DNA of 53,279 nucleotides from an uncultured Candidatus Saccharibacteria bacterium (GCA_964449245.1 CAYUXY010000005.1:1-53279), one strand, 5' to 3'. Shown: positions 8,875-18,774, numbered from the stretch's first letter. Translations and numbers: made by a program. Notes: generated by a model not told the origin, from the letters alone.

Positions 8875-10734
8875 TTAGTGTTTTAACCGGTTTTCATAAT
8901 ACCACAGGAAAATATCTTTTGCCACAGGGATAGTATTCAAACTCCCCTCCCTTGCATCTTCAACTAATACTATGAGCGCGATACTTGGATCTTCGAACGG
9001 CGCATACCCGACAAAAAAAGCATTAACTTTCGAATTGTTCTGAATTTGCGCAGTGCCGGTCTTTGCCGCAACTTGAAATGGCAACAAAGAAAGAGAATGC
9101 GCCGTACCATAAGACTTTAGAGCAACGTCACGCATACCTTCTCTTACGTCTTGCACACCATCTTTTATATCGTCTCGTATGTCAGAAAGTATTTCTGGAG
9201 AACTGCGTAAAACCGCATCGCCGTTTTCATCTAAAATTTCAGTCATTATTCTTGGCCTATAGAGAATTCCTCCATTTGCAATAGCGGCAATACTATTTAA
9301 TAACGCTATCGGTGTAACCATAAGGTCGCCCTGCCCTATTGCGACATTGTACGTATCGCCAATTCTCCATTCATCATTCCTCTTTGATTTTTTCCAGTCC
9401 GGATCAGGCAAAAAACCTATACGTTCACCGACCAAATCAATGTTTGTTTTGCTTCCAAGCAAAAAAGCACTCCACCAATCTTTTAACTTTTGAATTCCTA
9501 TGCCGGCCTGATTTTTAAAACCGCCGGTAACTTCGTAAAAGAAAACGTTACTCGATTTTGCGAGAGCGCTATGTATATTGACCCATCCATTAGGTTGCCA
9601 GTCCAAAAAACGGCTTGGATTCGAAGGATCATAAGGGTTTTCAATTTCTATGTATCCCGGTGAAAATATCTCTGTTTCCGCCGTAACAACACCTTCTTCG
9701 AGAGCGGCTATACCAACAATTGGTTTAATAGCCGAACCGGGGTTATATAAGCCACGGATTGCCCGATCAAAGAGCGGGTCGAATGGGGCATCCAAAAAAT
9801 CCGCAATTTTAGAAGAATCAAAACCTGGAATATTAACCATACCCAAAACTTCTCCATTTTGCGGATTCATCGCAATAGCAACCCCAATATTTTTTCCAAG
9901 ATCTTTTAATGCCGCGGAAAGTCTCTCATACATAAATACCTGCAAGTCGCGATCGATACTGGTCTTAACCGTTTTTCCCGGAACAGACTCGCTCATTGAT
10001 CTCTTTTCTTCCACTCGGCCAATAGAATTTCTGAAAAAAATTTCTATGCCGTTTATGCCTCTTATGTACTCATCATAATATGCCTCCAGTCCGGTTCTTC
10101 CTATTTCATCATCAACAACCAATGAATCATTGTTTTTTATGTCTTCGTCATTTACAAGCCCTGTATATCCCAGTACATGCGAAAAGGCAAAAGGAAATTC
10201 GTGTACCCTTTTAAAACCTTGTTCTATATAAACACCGCGCGCGTTTAATGACGATAAGTCTACGAGTTCGTTGTGAGTAATGTCCGCCGATAAAAGTAAT
10301 CTGTCGCTTTGTCCCCAATTTTTCTCTTCAATATTTTTTTTCAGGTCTTCCCAAGCAATTCCAATTATATTCCCGATTTTCTTTACCAAAGTCAGTCTCT
10401 CTTCAGGATCTTCCGGCAAATCTCTTGGCAAAAGAAAGGCTTTATTTGAAAGTTCGTTATGCAACAATGGCTTTCCAAAACTATCTAATATTGCGCCTCT
10501 CGGGGCAGGTCGCACGACAGAATCGGTCATATTTGCGATAGCCCTTTGTTTTAAAGCGTCTCCTTGAACAGCGTGGATGAGAAAAAATTTAACGAATACG
10601 ACGGCGAAAACAAGTGTGACAAAAAATAAAAACGCGCGAAACACATTATCTGCAACTGGAACCTCAACCAAATCGGAATCTTCTGGTTTATCGGAAAGTA
10701 TGTCTTCAAAATTAATGTATTGATTATTATTCAT
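8875..10734 (-). CDS. mrdA: Penicillin-binding protein 2 (elongasome transpeptidase)
   Basis: N-terminal TM. Motifs SxxK (GSAIKP), SxN (KSSNVF) and KTG (AKTGTAQ). Lies immediately downstream of mreBCD. Confidence 0.8.
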   Translation of the reverse strand: MNNNQYINFEDILSDKPEDSDLVEVPVADNVFRAFLFFVTLVFAVVFVKFFLIHAVQGDALKQRAIANMTDSVVRPAPRGAILDSFGKPLLHNELSNKAFLLPRDLPEDPEERLTLVKKIGNIIGIAWEDLKKNIEEKNWGQSDRLLLSADITHNELVDLSSLNARGVYIEQGFKRVHEFPFAFSHVLGYTGLVNDEDIKNNDSLVVDDEIGRTGLEAYYDEYIRGINGIEIFFRNSIGRVEEKRSMSESVPGKTVKTSIDRDLQVFMYERLSAALKDLGKNIGVAIAMNPQNGEVLGMVNIPGFDSSKIADFLDAPFDPLFDRAIRGLYNPGSAIKPIVGIAALEEGVVTAETEIFSPGYIEIENPYDPSNPSRFLDWQPNGWVNIHSALAKSSNVFFYEVTGGFKNQAGIGIQKLKDWWSAFLLGSKTNIDLVGERIGFLPDPDWKKSKRNDEWRIGDTYNVAIGQGDLMVTPIALLNSIAAIANGGILYRPRIMTEILDENGDAVLRSSPEILSDIRDDIKDGVQDVREGMRDVALKSYGTAHSLSLLPFQVAAKTGTAQIQNNSKVNAFFVGYAPFEDPSIALIVLVEDAREGSLNTIPVAKDIFLWYYENRLKH

Positions 10735-11239
10735 GAAAAATGGACGGCGATTTTGATAACACGGCAGATAATATCCAGAATGTTATTCCAAAAAGCAAAT
10801 TATATATAATTTCGTTCAAAATAAAACCGGAAAAAACAAAATGAAAATCAACAAAGTTAAGTCCGGAATGCAATATGTTAAAAATACATTCGGAAATTAC
10901 ATAAAAAACGGGCGTGAGAACGACGAGAACAATTATAAAATCCAAAAATATATTGCCGGTCAATAGCCTCCTTATAAACATAGCCATTAAAAATGAAATA
11001 AAAATGGCGATTGCCCACGATACGGAAAATTGAACAGAAAATAATAAAAATCCAACGGAAATAATTATAGCTTCGCGTATCAAAAGCCGTCTATGAAAAA
11101 TAAAAACTAAAAACACTAACATCACAAGATTTGGATTGATACCGCCATATTCGAATATTCTGGATTGCTGGATAACAAACGCAATGCAAATTAGAAACAA
11201 AAAATACAAAGCGCGAAGATGATTGATAATGTTCGTCAT
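10727..11239 (-). CDS. mreD: Rod shape-determining protein MreD-like polytopic membrane protein
   Basis: 170 aa and almost entirely TM helices. The call rests on its position between mreC and mrdA. Confidence 0.5.
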   Translation of the reverse strand: MTNIINHLRALYFLFLICIAFVIQQSRIFEYGGINPNLVMLVFLVFIFHRRLLIREAIIISVGFLLFSVQFSVSWAIAIFISFLMAMFIRRLLTGNIFLDFIIVLVVLTPVFYVISECIFNILHSGLNFVDFHFVFSGFILNEIIYNLLFGITFWILSAVLSKSPSIFHE

Positions 11240-11937
11240 TATGGAAAATCTATAAGTATAAACACTGATTTTATATCTTGAATTTCATAAGGTACGACAA
11301 TTTCAGCAGTCTGCCATACGTCATTTATGCCCGAATGAACCGATGAAATTGTTCCCACAAAAGAGCGCAATGGATATTCGGGGGCGAGATTATAAACATA
11401 ATCTCCGGCGGTAATCTGGCTTTCTTTTGAAATAAGAGCTACGGAAGGGTTGCTACCTCCCTGAAGCACCGCCTTAGTGTTTTTGCCTATACCGACGCTT
11501 GTTTTCCATTGTGAACTAAAAACAGTTTCTATTACGCTTTGGGTACGAAAAACCTGCGACACCCTTCCAACAAGAGCGCCTGTTGGAAGAAAAACCGGCA
11601 TATTCACGGCAATTCCGTTATCTGACCCGGCCGAAACAATTATAAGAGATCTGTCATTTGATGGATATCTCGAATACACTCGGGCTTCCATATGAGAATA
11701 TAAAAACTCTTCCGGATTAGAATTTTTTTCCAAATCATCAATTTTTATTTTTAATTTTTGATTTTCCGTTGTAAGTCGAGATATTTCAGACGACAATTTG
11801 GATATTTTAAAAATGTCTTTGAAAAAAATTCTTGAGGAATCGGTAAAAACCAGAAATCTGCCTTGCCTTACAACAAAAAACAGAACCGCGATAGCGGCTA
11901 TAAAAACAAATGTGACAATGATTTTTTTCATAAACAA
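11239..11937 (-). CDS. mreC: Rod shape-determining protein MreC
   Basis: N-terminal TM, a coiled coil (LTTENQKLKIKIDDLEKN) and a beta-barrel region (PVFLPTGALVGRVSQV). Position fits the operon. Confidence 0.75.
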   Translation of the reverse strand: MFMKKIIVTFVFIAAIAVLFFVVRQGRFLVFTDSSRIFFKDIFKISKLSSEISRLTTENQKLKIKIDDLEKNSNPEEFLYSHMEARVYSRYPSNDRSLIIVSAGSDNGIAVNMPVFLPTGALVGRVSQVFRTQSVIETVFSSQWKTSVGIGKNTKAVLQGGSNPSVALISKESQITAGDYVYNLAPEYPLRSFVGTISSVHSGINDVWQTAEIVVPYEIQDIKSVFILIDFP

Positions 11938-11963
11938 CTAGAAAGATGCGAGCGCATCTTTAA

Positions 11964-12998
11964 TTATGCATCGGAATCTCCGAGCTTTAGTCGCGCAAAA
12001 TTATTTACGACATGGCTAAATTTTTCAAAATCTTCTGCCACCATTCCAGTTCCTCTCGCAATGCTTGTAAGAGGCTCTTCTACGGTCCAAACGGTCACGC
12101 CAACTTCTTTTTCAAAAAGCTGTCCTAACCCACGCAATAAACTTCCTCCACCGCAAAGATATACTCCATTTTTATGTATATCCCCAACAAGCTCCGGCGG
12201 GGTAATTTCAATAAGGTCCTTAAGAGCTTCGACCAAAAGTTTCAGTGGTCTGGCAAGCCAAAAACGAACTTGCGTATCCTTAATTGCAACCTCACGCGGA
12301 AGACCGCTCAACATATCTCTGCCACGAATTGATATTTCCAAACGCTCTCCGAGCGGCGCCGCCGATCCCGTACCTATTTTCACATCTTCCGCCGTCGGCT
12401 CCCCAATATGCAACTTGAGTTCCTCACGGACAGCTTTTATTATTTCTTGATCCAAATAGTCGCCTGCGATTTTTAATCTCTTGGATACAACAATGCCATT
12501 CATTGAAATAATAGCCATATCAGTCGTACCCGCACCAATATCCACTATCAAATATGCGGTAGGGTAGTTGATATCAAGCTGACTCCCGAATGCTGCGGCA
12601 AGCGGTTGTTCTATCAAATATACGGACGATGCTCCAACCTCTTTTAATAAATCTTCAACTGACTTTCTTTCAACTTCTGTTAAATTCGTAGGAACGCTGA
12701 CAACCATTCTTGTAATAAAGGATTTAGGAAATCTTTCATTTTTCAAGAATCTCTGAATCATTTCCTTAGCCATATCAAAATCGGAAATGATTCCGTTTAC
12801 AATCGGGCGTAGCGCGGTAATATGCGCAGGAGTTCTTGACATCATTTTTTTTGCCTCAAATCCATGGGCGACAATTCTGTTCGTACGATTATTAAACGCG
12901 ATTATCGAGGGTTCATTGACAACAATCCCCTTTTTCTCGAGATATATCTGCGTCGTATGAGTTCCGAGGTCTATGCCTATATTTTTTCTTAAAATCAT
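11964..12998 (-). CDS. mreB: MreB-family actin-like protein (second paralogue)
   Basis: IGIDLGTHTT, DIGAGTTDMAIIS and CGGGSLLRGL phosphate/adenosine motifs. The ORF is open to 13079, but the ATG at 12998 (MILRKNIGIDLGT) matches the usual MreB N-terminus. Confidence 0.8.
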   Translation of the reverse strand: MILRKNIGIDLGTHTTQIYLEKKGIVVNEPSIIAFNNRTNRIVAHGFEAKKMMSRTPAHITALRPIVNGIISDFDMAKEMIQRFLKNERFPKSFITRMVVSVPTNLTEVERKSVEDLLKEVGASSVYLIEQPLAAAFGSQLDINYPTAYLIVDIGAGTTDMAIISMNGIVVSKRLKIAGDYLDQEIIKAVREELKLHIGEPTAEDVKIGTGSAAPLGERLEISIRGRDMLSGLPREVAIKDTQVRFWLARPLKLLVEALKDLIEITPPELVGDIHKNGVYLCGGGSLLRGLGQLFEKEVGVTVWTVEEPLTSIARGTGMVAEDFEKFSHVVNNFARLKLGDSDA

Positions 12999-13109
12999 AA
13001 AAAAATTAATTAGTGCATCTTTTTGGCCAATATCTAACTCGCCAAAACGCTCAAAATAAGAATAGCCGTATTCTATCAAAAAAAATGCCTTTTTACAATC
13101 GGCTAAATA

Positions 13110-14180
13110 TTAGAAATATTTTGATATGTCCTGTATAGAAACGAGGATCATAAGAGCTATAAGAAGAAGAAAACCAACGCCATTAATCAGCGTTTGTATT
13201 TTTAAAGAAAGAGAACGTCCTTTGATTTTTTCGAAAAACGCAAGAACGATTCTTCCACCATCTAACGCAGGAAAAGGAATTAAATTCAGGACAGCAAGAT
13301 CAACCGATATGACAGCCATCAACTGTATGAAAAATACAAAACCTAAGTTGCTCGCTTGTTTGGCTATCATTATTATTCCTATTGGACCGGAAACATTTTT
13401 TACAGCTTCGGGAGATGTAAATATTTTTGCGATAAGATCAATAAAACTGCCGGCGATAAACACAAACGCGCTTATCATTTCTTTGCCGCCATAATACAAC
13501 GAAGTAAAAATATTTTTCTTGTCGGCTCCCGTTGTCGACAAAGACAAACCAAGAGATCCTTCTCCGCGTGGCGGATTTACCCTGCCATTCAACGAAACGG
13601 ACACATTTTCTTCTCCGCGTCTCACTGTTAAATCAATCGTTTCTTCTTGAACGGAAGTAACAAACCCTATAAAATCGTCTGCCGTCATAGGCTCTTCTAT
13701 GGAGCGCGCACCCGATATTGCTTTTATAATGATGTCATTGGGGACAATCCCGGCGTTGGATGACGGCGAAGAATCCGCGACTCCGGACACTATCAGATAA
13801 GACGGAGTTCCTATCATAAAAACGGCGCTGAACAAAATCCATCCGCATACAATATTTAAAAATACTCCGCTTACAAGAACTATTATTTTTTTTGTTGCAG
13901 ACTGTCTCGAAAAACTTTTTGATGCCTCTTGTATCTTAGATTCCGATTGTTTTTCAACATTGTCTCCATCTTCCCCTAACATACGCACAAAACCACCAAA
14001 CGGCAATGCATTGATACTGTATTCTGTTCCACGAATTTTCTTTGCAAAAAGTCGAGGAGGAAATCCAAAGCCAAATTCTTCTACGCCAATCCCAAACATT
14101 TTAGCTGCGCAAAAATGACCAAACTCATGCGCCAAAATCAGAATTGAAATAGAAATTATGACAAGAATTGTTTCAATCAT
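13110..14180 (-). CDS. rseP: RIP metalloprotease RseP (site-2 protease, M50)
   Basis: HEFGHF zinc motif in TM1, a central PDZ-like region and C-terminal NLIPFPALDGGRI. Confidence 0.8.
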   Translation of the reverse strand: MIETILVIISISILILAHEFGHFCAAKMFGIGVEEFGFGFPPRLFAKKIRGTEYSINALPFGGFVRMLGEDGDNVEKQSESKIQEASKSFSRQSATKKIIVLVSGVFLNIVCGWILFSAVFMIGTPSYLIVSGVADSSPSSNAGIVPNDIIIKAISGARSIEEPMTADDFIGFVTSVQEETIDLTVRRGEENVSVSLNGRVNPPRGEGSLGLSLSTTGADKKNIFTSLYYGGKEMISAFVFIAGSFIDLIAKIFTSPEAVKNVSGPIGIIMIAKQASNLGFVFFIQLMAVISVDLAVLNLIPFPALDGGRIVLAFFEKIKGRSLSLKIQTLINGVGFLLLIALMILVSIQDISKYF

Positions 14181-14731
14181 TATTCTTGTATTTCCCCTAT
14201 CTTTAAATTCACCTCTTTTTCTATCTGATCATTTGCTCCATCAATGAGTTTCTGAATATCTTCGCGAATACGGAAATAAGCGTCTTCGCCAATTGATTCG
14301 TCTTCGAAAACCTTCTCGGCTGATTTATTGGCCTCATCACGAATATGTCTTATCTGAATTCTATATTGTTCTGAAATCTTCTTCACAACTTTTATAAGTT
14401 CGGCCCTTCTTTCTTCGCTTAATTCCGGAAGAAAAATCCTGATTGAATTCCCATCAATAGTTGCGGAGACTCCGAGCGGTGACGTTTCAATTGCCTTCGC
14501 AACAGCTGTAACCGCACCCATATCCCATACTTGAATACTTATTTCACGAGGAGGCTGGATGCCAACCGATCCGAGATGTTTAATTGGAGTACTTTGTCCA
14601 TAATATTGGACCTTAATGTCTTCAACGAGTCCCGCATTGGGTCTCCCTGCGCGTATTCCCATTATTTCCTCACGAAAAGATTCAATAGTGGTTTTTATGC
14701 TTTGGGTTAAATTTGCTATAACGGTATCCAT
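14180..14731 (-). CDS. frr: Ribosome recycling factor
   Basis: IRAGRPNAGLVEDIKVQYYG and ERRAELIKVVKK; 183 aa. Confidence 0.9.
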   Translation of the reverse strand: MDTVIANLTQSIKTTIESFREEIMGIRAGRPNAGLVEDIKVQYYGQSTPIKHLGSVGIQPPREISIQVWDMGAVTAVAKAIETSPLGVSATIDGNSIRIFLPELSEERRAELIKVVKKISEQYRIQIRHIRDEANKSAEKVFEDESIGEDAYFRIREDIQKLIDGANDQIEKEVNLKIGEIQE

Positions 14732-14733
14732 AT

Positions 14734-15504
14734 TTATTTTCTATTTAAAATTTGATTGACGGCTTTTTCTTGTAACTGCGGATTAACATTAAATTGGGCA
14801 CATTCGGTGTCTTTCTTTAAGAGACTGCTTATTTTAGAGGAATTTTTGATAACATCATTTTTTCGCAAAACATTAATATTTTCTCTTATAATATCGCGCA
14901 ATGTATCATTCACTGCGGATTTTTCTTGATTATCCATCGCAGAAGCTATAGCCAAACCAATTTTTCCAAATGACGCCTTCGCAATCCGATTAGCCTCTAC
15001 TATGGGTATATTATAGTGTAAAATCAGATTTTTCTCTAAATAATCGGAAGAGGCTCTCGCAAAATACACTTTTGACAATCGAGAAATCAATGGCGTAATC
15101 AATCTTTCCGTGTTGGCGGAAATTAAAATAATCATTCCGTGCTGTGGAGGTTCCTCAACTATTTTTAATAACGACCCCTGCGCTTCAGTAGTAAGAGATT
15201 CCGCCATATCTACAATCGCGGTTTTTCTCGTAGAGGAAAATGGCCTTTCGGACAAAAATCTTTTTATCGCTCGCGATGTGTCTATGGAAATAATCCCTTT
15301 TTCGTCGGGTGAAAAAACGGAAACATCGATGAGTTGTTTTGTTGGAATATCGAATTCGCCGGTTTCTAAAAAATTAGCAAGCGCTAATGCAAAAGAGCGC
15401 TTACCAATATGTTCATCTCCAAAAAAAAGATACGCATTTCGAAGCGTGCCAGCGCTGATTGCGCGCTTGAAATCTTCTATTTTAGATTCATGAGCCAAAA
15501 GCAT
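14734..15504 (-). CDS. holB: DNA polymerase III delta-prime subunit-like AAA+ clamp-loader protein
   Basis: NAYLFFGDEHIGKRSFALALANFL (degenerate P-loop) and LLKIVEEPP (the sensor/TLEEPP-like box). Confidence 0.65.
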   Translation of the reverse strand: MLLAHESKIEDFKRAISAGTLRNAYLFFGDEHIGKRSFALALANFLETGEFDIPTKQLIDVSVFSPDEKGIISIDTSRAIKRFLSERPFSSTRKTAIVDMAESLTTEAQGSLLKIVEEPPQHGMIILISANTERLITPLISRLSKVYFARASSDYLEKNLILHYNIPIVEANRIAKASFGKIGLAIASAMDNQEKSAVNDTLRDIIRENINVLRKNDVIKNSSKISSLLKKDTECAQFNVNPQLQEKAVNQILNRK

Positions 15505-15508
15505 AATT

Positions 15509-16516
15509 TTAATGCTTTGTGAGCAAGGTTCTCTTATATACGTCCAAATGATTTAGAATGGTAGCTGTTCCTTTTGAAACGCATAGGATTGGATCCTCGG
15601 CTATATAAGCCGAGACTCCGAGAGATCGTTTAAAGAATTCGTCAAAATCGCGTAACTGCGCGCTTCCTCCGGACATCACTATACCTTTTTCCATAATATC
15701 TGCGGCAAGTTCGGGCGGAGTGACATTAAACACAGACTGCACTGCATTTACAATGTCGACGAGATGCGAATTTATTGCTTCAGCAACTTCGTTTGAATTT
15801 ATAATCAAATCCTTAGGAAGTCCGGACGCTATATCTCTTCCTCTAATTTTCATTTCATGTTTTGAGCGACTTGGAATTGCCGTGCCAATATTGATTTTGA
15901 TATTTTCTGCGGTGCCTTCTCCTATCGCAAGGCCATATTTTTTCTTTATATATTCCATAATCGAATGATCAAATCTATTACCCGCGACTCTCAGACTTGA
16001 CCACGCGACGATTCCACCTAAAGAAATGACGGCTACTTCAGTTGTGCCTCCACCGATATTTACGATCATATTGCCCTCGGAAGAATGGATTGGAATACCG
16101 GCGCCAAGAGAAGCGAGAAGCGGTTCTTTAACTAAATATACCTCTCGCGCTCCGGCCTCCTTTGCAGCATTCATAACAGCTCTGTGCTCTGTAGATGTAA
16201 TACCTGCCGGTACGGATATTACCACCTCCGGCCTAAAAAGATTAAATTTACCTATGCTTTTGGAAATAAAGTAACTTAGCATAGCCTGCGTAATATAATA
16301 TTCAGCGATTACTCCATCCTTCAAAGGCTTATATGTAACAATATTATCCGGTGTTCTGCCAACCATTTCTTTTGCTTCTGAACCGACAGCCAAAACCGTA
16401 TTATCCGGTTTTCTTAATGCAACAACGGTAGGCTCGTTAATAACGATACCTTTATCGGGAAGGAAAACGAGCGTGTTGGTCGTCCCGAGATCTATGCCTA
16501 TTTTTCTTACAAACAT
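15509..16516 (-). CDS. mreB: Rod shape-determining protein MreB
   Basis: IGIDLGTTNT, NIGGGTTEVAVIS and MSGGSAQLRDF; 335 aa, canonical length. Confidence 0.9.
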   Translation of the reverse strand: MFVRKIGIDLGTTNTLVFLPDKGIVINEPTVVALRKPDNTVLAVGSEAKEMVGRTPDNIVTYKPLKDGVIAEYYITQAMLSYFISKSIGKFNLFRPEVVISVPAGITSTEHRAVMNAAKEAGAREVYLVKEPLLASLGAGIPIHSSEGNMIVNIGGGTTEVAVISLGGIVAWSSLRVAGNRFDHSIMEYIKKKYGLAIGEGTAENIKINIGTAIPSRSKHEMKIRGRDIASGLPKDLIINSNEVAEAINSHLVDIVNAVQSVFNVTPPELAADIMEKGIVMSGGSAQLRDFDEFFKRSLGVSAYIAEDPILCVSKGTATILNHLDVYKRTLLTKH

Positions 16517-16596
16517 TGGATTTTATACATAATCACTGTAGCCTTTCCGAAAGCCGAATTCAAGAAAACGCTTTTCCAAAAGATAAAAATGAGATA

Positions 16597-17979
16597 ATGT
16601 TATTGGACATTATGCACCAAAAAAACAGAAAAATACTGCTGTTTTCCATACTGATAGCCTTTCTAATTGCGGGAGCGTATCTTATCATTTCCACGCAAGG
16701 ATTAGTGTTTGACTTAGCATCTTTCAGCTTTACAAAAACAGGGGCAATTTTTATTAAATTCACGCCATCCGATGCTGAAGTTTTCATAAATAATAAAAAG
16801 ATAGAAAAGACACCGGGAATCATAAACAGGGGCATATTTCTAAAAAATTTCACTCCGGATACGTATAGCCTATCAATACGGAAAAACGGCTTTATCGACT
16901 GGGAAAAACAATTAACGGTGGAACCCGGACTGGTCTCCGCAATAAGCACAATAAAATTGTGGCCCATAAAAACAGAGAAAGACATTTTTGCAACAACCAC
17001 AAACCACGCGGTATTAATCGCCAACGACAAACTGATAACGCGCACAGACGAGAATTTGCTCTCCTTGAACGGGAGAAATATGAGAAGCGGTCGTGTCGTA
17101 GATTTTAATGAATCAGCGGACTATTTGCTGACAAAAAACGAAAATGGATTGTTTTTTGCGCAAAATATTACGGATACGTATTCAGCGATTAATTTACAGG
17201 AACTATTTGTTTCGCTGAAAAATCGTCAGTTAAATCTACGTGGAAATGTACCAATTAAATATGCCGCCATACATCCCTTTAGCCCGGAAAAAGTCATACT
17301 TGCAACCGGACAAGCCCTATATGCCATCGACATAAAAAAGGTCCAGATAGAGCAGATAACAAATGCTACGTCATCTATTGATTTCATTGCGCTTAATCAA
17401 AATGAAATATTCGGAATAAGCAAAACGGGCTTCGTGCAAGGCGCCCATCTCATCTTAAAAAACACATTTTCGTTCAGGATAAACGCTCCGACAGAGATAA
17501 ATTCCATTACAGTTGGAGAAATTGGAGAAAAAATATTATTTACGGACGAAAACAACGGGCTTTTCATATATGACAGGAAAACAAATAGCACTGAAAAAAT
17601 CGCCGAGCATCAAGACATATATTCAATATCACCAAACGAGAAAATCGTAATGTGGATGGAAAAAGGCAAATTGTGGCTTTATTGCGCGGAAAAAGATGAG
17701 GGAGATTTAAAAATGCCTCGTGGCACAAAAATTCAACTTAATACGGAATATACATTTGCCGAAAAAAACCTTGCCATGTTCTGGATGAAAAATATACCAA
17801 CTCAATTATTTCTAAAAGCGGACAATAAATTCTTTGCAATAGAATTGGATCCTCGCGGAACTACAAACGCAACAATTATAGAAAAAGACTTCGATAATCT
17901 TTTGCGTTATAAAGAAACATTTTTCTCTGTCTATAAAAAAGACGGCTCTGAAGAAATTTATAAACTCAACATCAAGTAA
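16597..17979 (+). CDS. Membrane-anchored PEGA-domain protein
   Basis: The track ORF starts at a TTG overlapping the mreB start. The ATG at 16597 (MLLDIMHQKNRK, then a TM) is more plausible. PEGA-like segment: PSDAEVFINNKKIEKTPG...YSLSIRKNGFIDWEKQLTVEPG. Confidence 0.5.
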   Translation: MLLDIMHQKNRKILLFSILIAFLIAGAYLIISTQGLVFDLASFSFTKTGAIFIKFTPSDAEVFINNKKIEKTPGIINRGIFLKNFTPDTYSLSIRKNGFIDWEKQLTVEPGLVSAISTIKLWPIKTEKDIFATTTNHAVLIANDKLITRTDENLLSLNGRNMRSGRVVDFNESADYLLTKNENGLFFAQNITDTYSAINLQELFVSLKNRQLNLRGNVPIKYAAIHPFSPEKVILATGQALYAIDIKKVQIEQITNATSSIDFIALNQNEIFGISKTGFVQGAHLILKNTFSFRINAPTEINSITVGEIGEKILFTDENNGLFIYDRKTNSTEKIAEHQDIYSISPNEKIVMWMEKGKLWLYCAEKDEGDLKMPRGTKIQLNTEYTFAEKNLAMFWMKNIPTQLFLKADNKFFAIELDPRGTTNATIIEKDFDNLLRYKETFFSVYKKDGSEEIYKLNIK

Positions 17980-18322
17980 TGCGTCCGCCGGAAATAGACA
18001 ATTCCTTGTCTGGGACAATAAGAGCAACGCCATCATCATTTTTGACCGCCAAAACCATTCCATCACTTACATTACCCAAAAGACTGCGTGGCTCAAGATT
18101 TGCAACTATAACAATTGTTTTCCCGACTAAATTGTCAGGCGCATATGACTTTTTAATTCCGGCAACGATTTGTCTTTCTTCGTCGCCAACAAGAACACGC
18201 AATTTAACGAGTTTCTCTGAGCCCGCAATACCCTCTGCGGATATTATTTTTGCTGTACGTAAATCAACTTTCTGAAAATCATCAAATGTTATTTGAGACA
18301 TAATAAAATACGGCCATATCAA
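17972..18322 (-). CDS. tRNA-binding domain protein (CsaA/Trbp111/MetRS-C-terminal-like OB fold)
   Basis: FQKVDLRTAKIISAE...KLVKLRV...QIVAGIKKSYAPDNLVGKTIVIVANLEPRSLLG.VSDGMVLA. Confidence 0.7.
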   Translation of the reverse strand: MIWPYFIMSQITFDDFQKVDLRTAKIISAEGIAGSEKLVKLRVLVGDEERQIVAGIKKSYAPDNLVGKTIVIVANLEPRSLLGNVSDGMVLAVKNDDGVALIVPDKELSISGGRIT

Positions 18323-18327
18323 AACAA

Positions 18328-18570
18328 TTAAGAACGCGGGGGCATTTGCATTTCATCAGCGTTCTGTTTAATCGTGGCGGATTTTTTCTTAAATATTTTC
18401 TTCAATAAACAAAAGCCCAACATTGATTCAATGATAAGAATCAAGCCCACAAGAAAAAACAAAAAAGATGCCGTACTCGAACTAAAATAATTTTTAGCGG
18501 CTACAAAAACGAAAACTATACCAATTAATCCCCTTGCGCCCCTGCCAACAAATCCTATATTTTTCTTCAT
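18328..18570 (-). CDS. Small two-TM membrane protein (DUF2892/YgaP-like)
   Basis: MKKNIGFVGRGARGLIGIVFVFVA... with two hydrophobic helices. The start is taken at the internal ATG at 18570. Confidence 0.4.
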   Translation of the reverse strand: MKKNIGFVGRGARGLIGIVFVFVAAKNYFSSSTASFLFFLVGLILIIESMLGFCLLKKIFKKKSATIKQNADEMQMPPRS

Positions 18571-18609
18571 ATTTTTTAAAAATTGACCTTTTATACAGTA
18601 TAACAAAAA

Positions 18610-18633
18610 CCGCCCCTCTCGAAAGAGGGGCGG
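18610..18633 (-). terminator. Rho-independent terminator after the small basic protein gene
   Basis: Perfect 10-bp stem ccgcccctct / agaggggcgg with loop cgaa. On the minus strand it is followed by tttttgtta. Confidence 0.7.
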
Positions 18634-18648
18634 GGAATAACAAAGATT

Positions 18649-18774
18649 CTATTTCTTCCTGCGCTTTGCCGTCGATTTCTTTGCGGTTCTCTTTACAGCT
18701 TTCTTTGTTGATTTCTTAGCGGTCTTTTTTACAACTTTCTTTACCGCTTTTTTCGTTGTTCTCTTTTTTACCAT
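18649..18774 (-). CDS. 41-aa Lys-rich, highly basic protein (histone H1/Hc1-like low-complexity DNA/RNA binder)
   Basis: Below the ORF-track size cutoff. Manual translation gives MVKKRTTKKAVKKVVKKTAKKSTKKAVKRTAKKSTAKRRKK*. A strong terminator follows 15 nt after the stop. Confidence 0.5.
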   Translation of the reverse strand: MVKKRTTKKAVKKVVKKTAKKSTKKAVKRTAKKSTAKRRKK

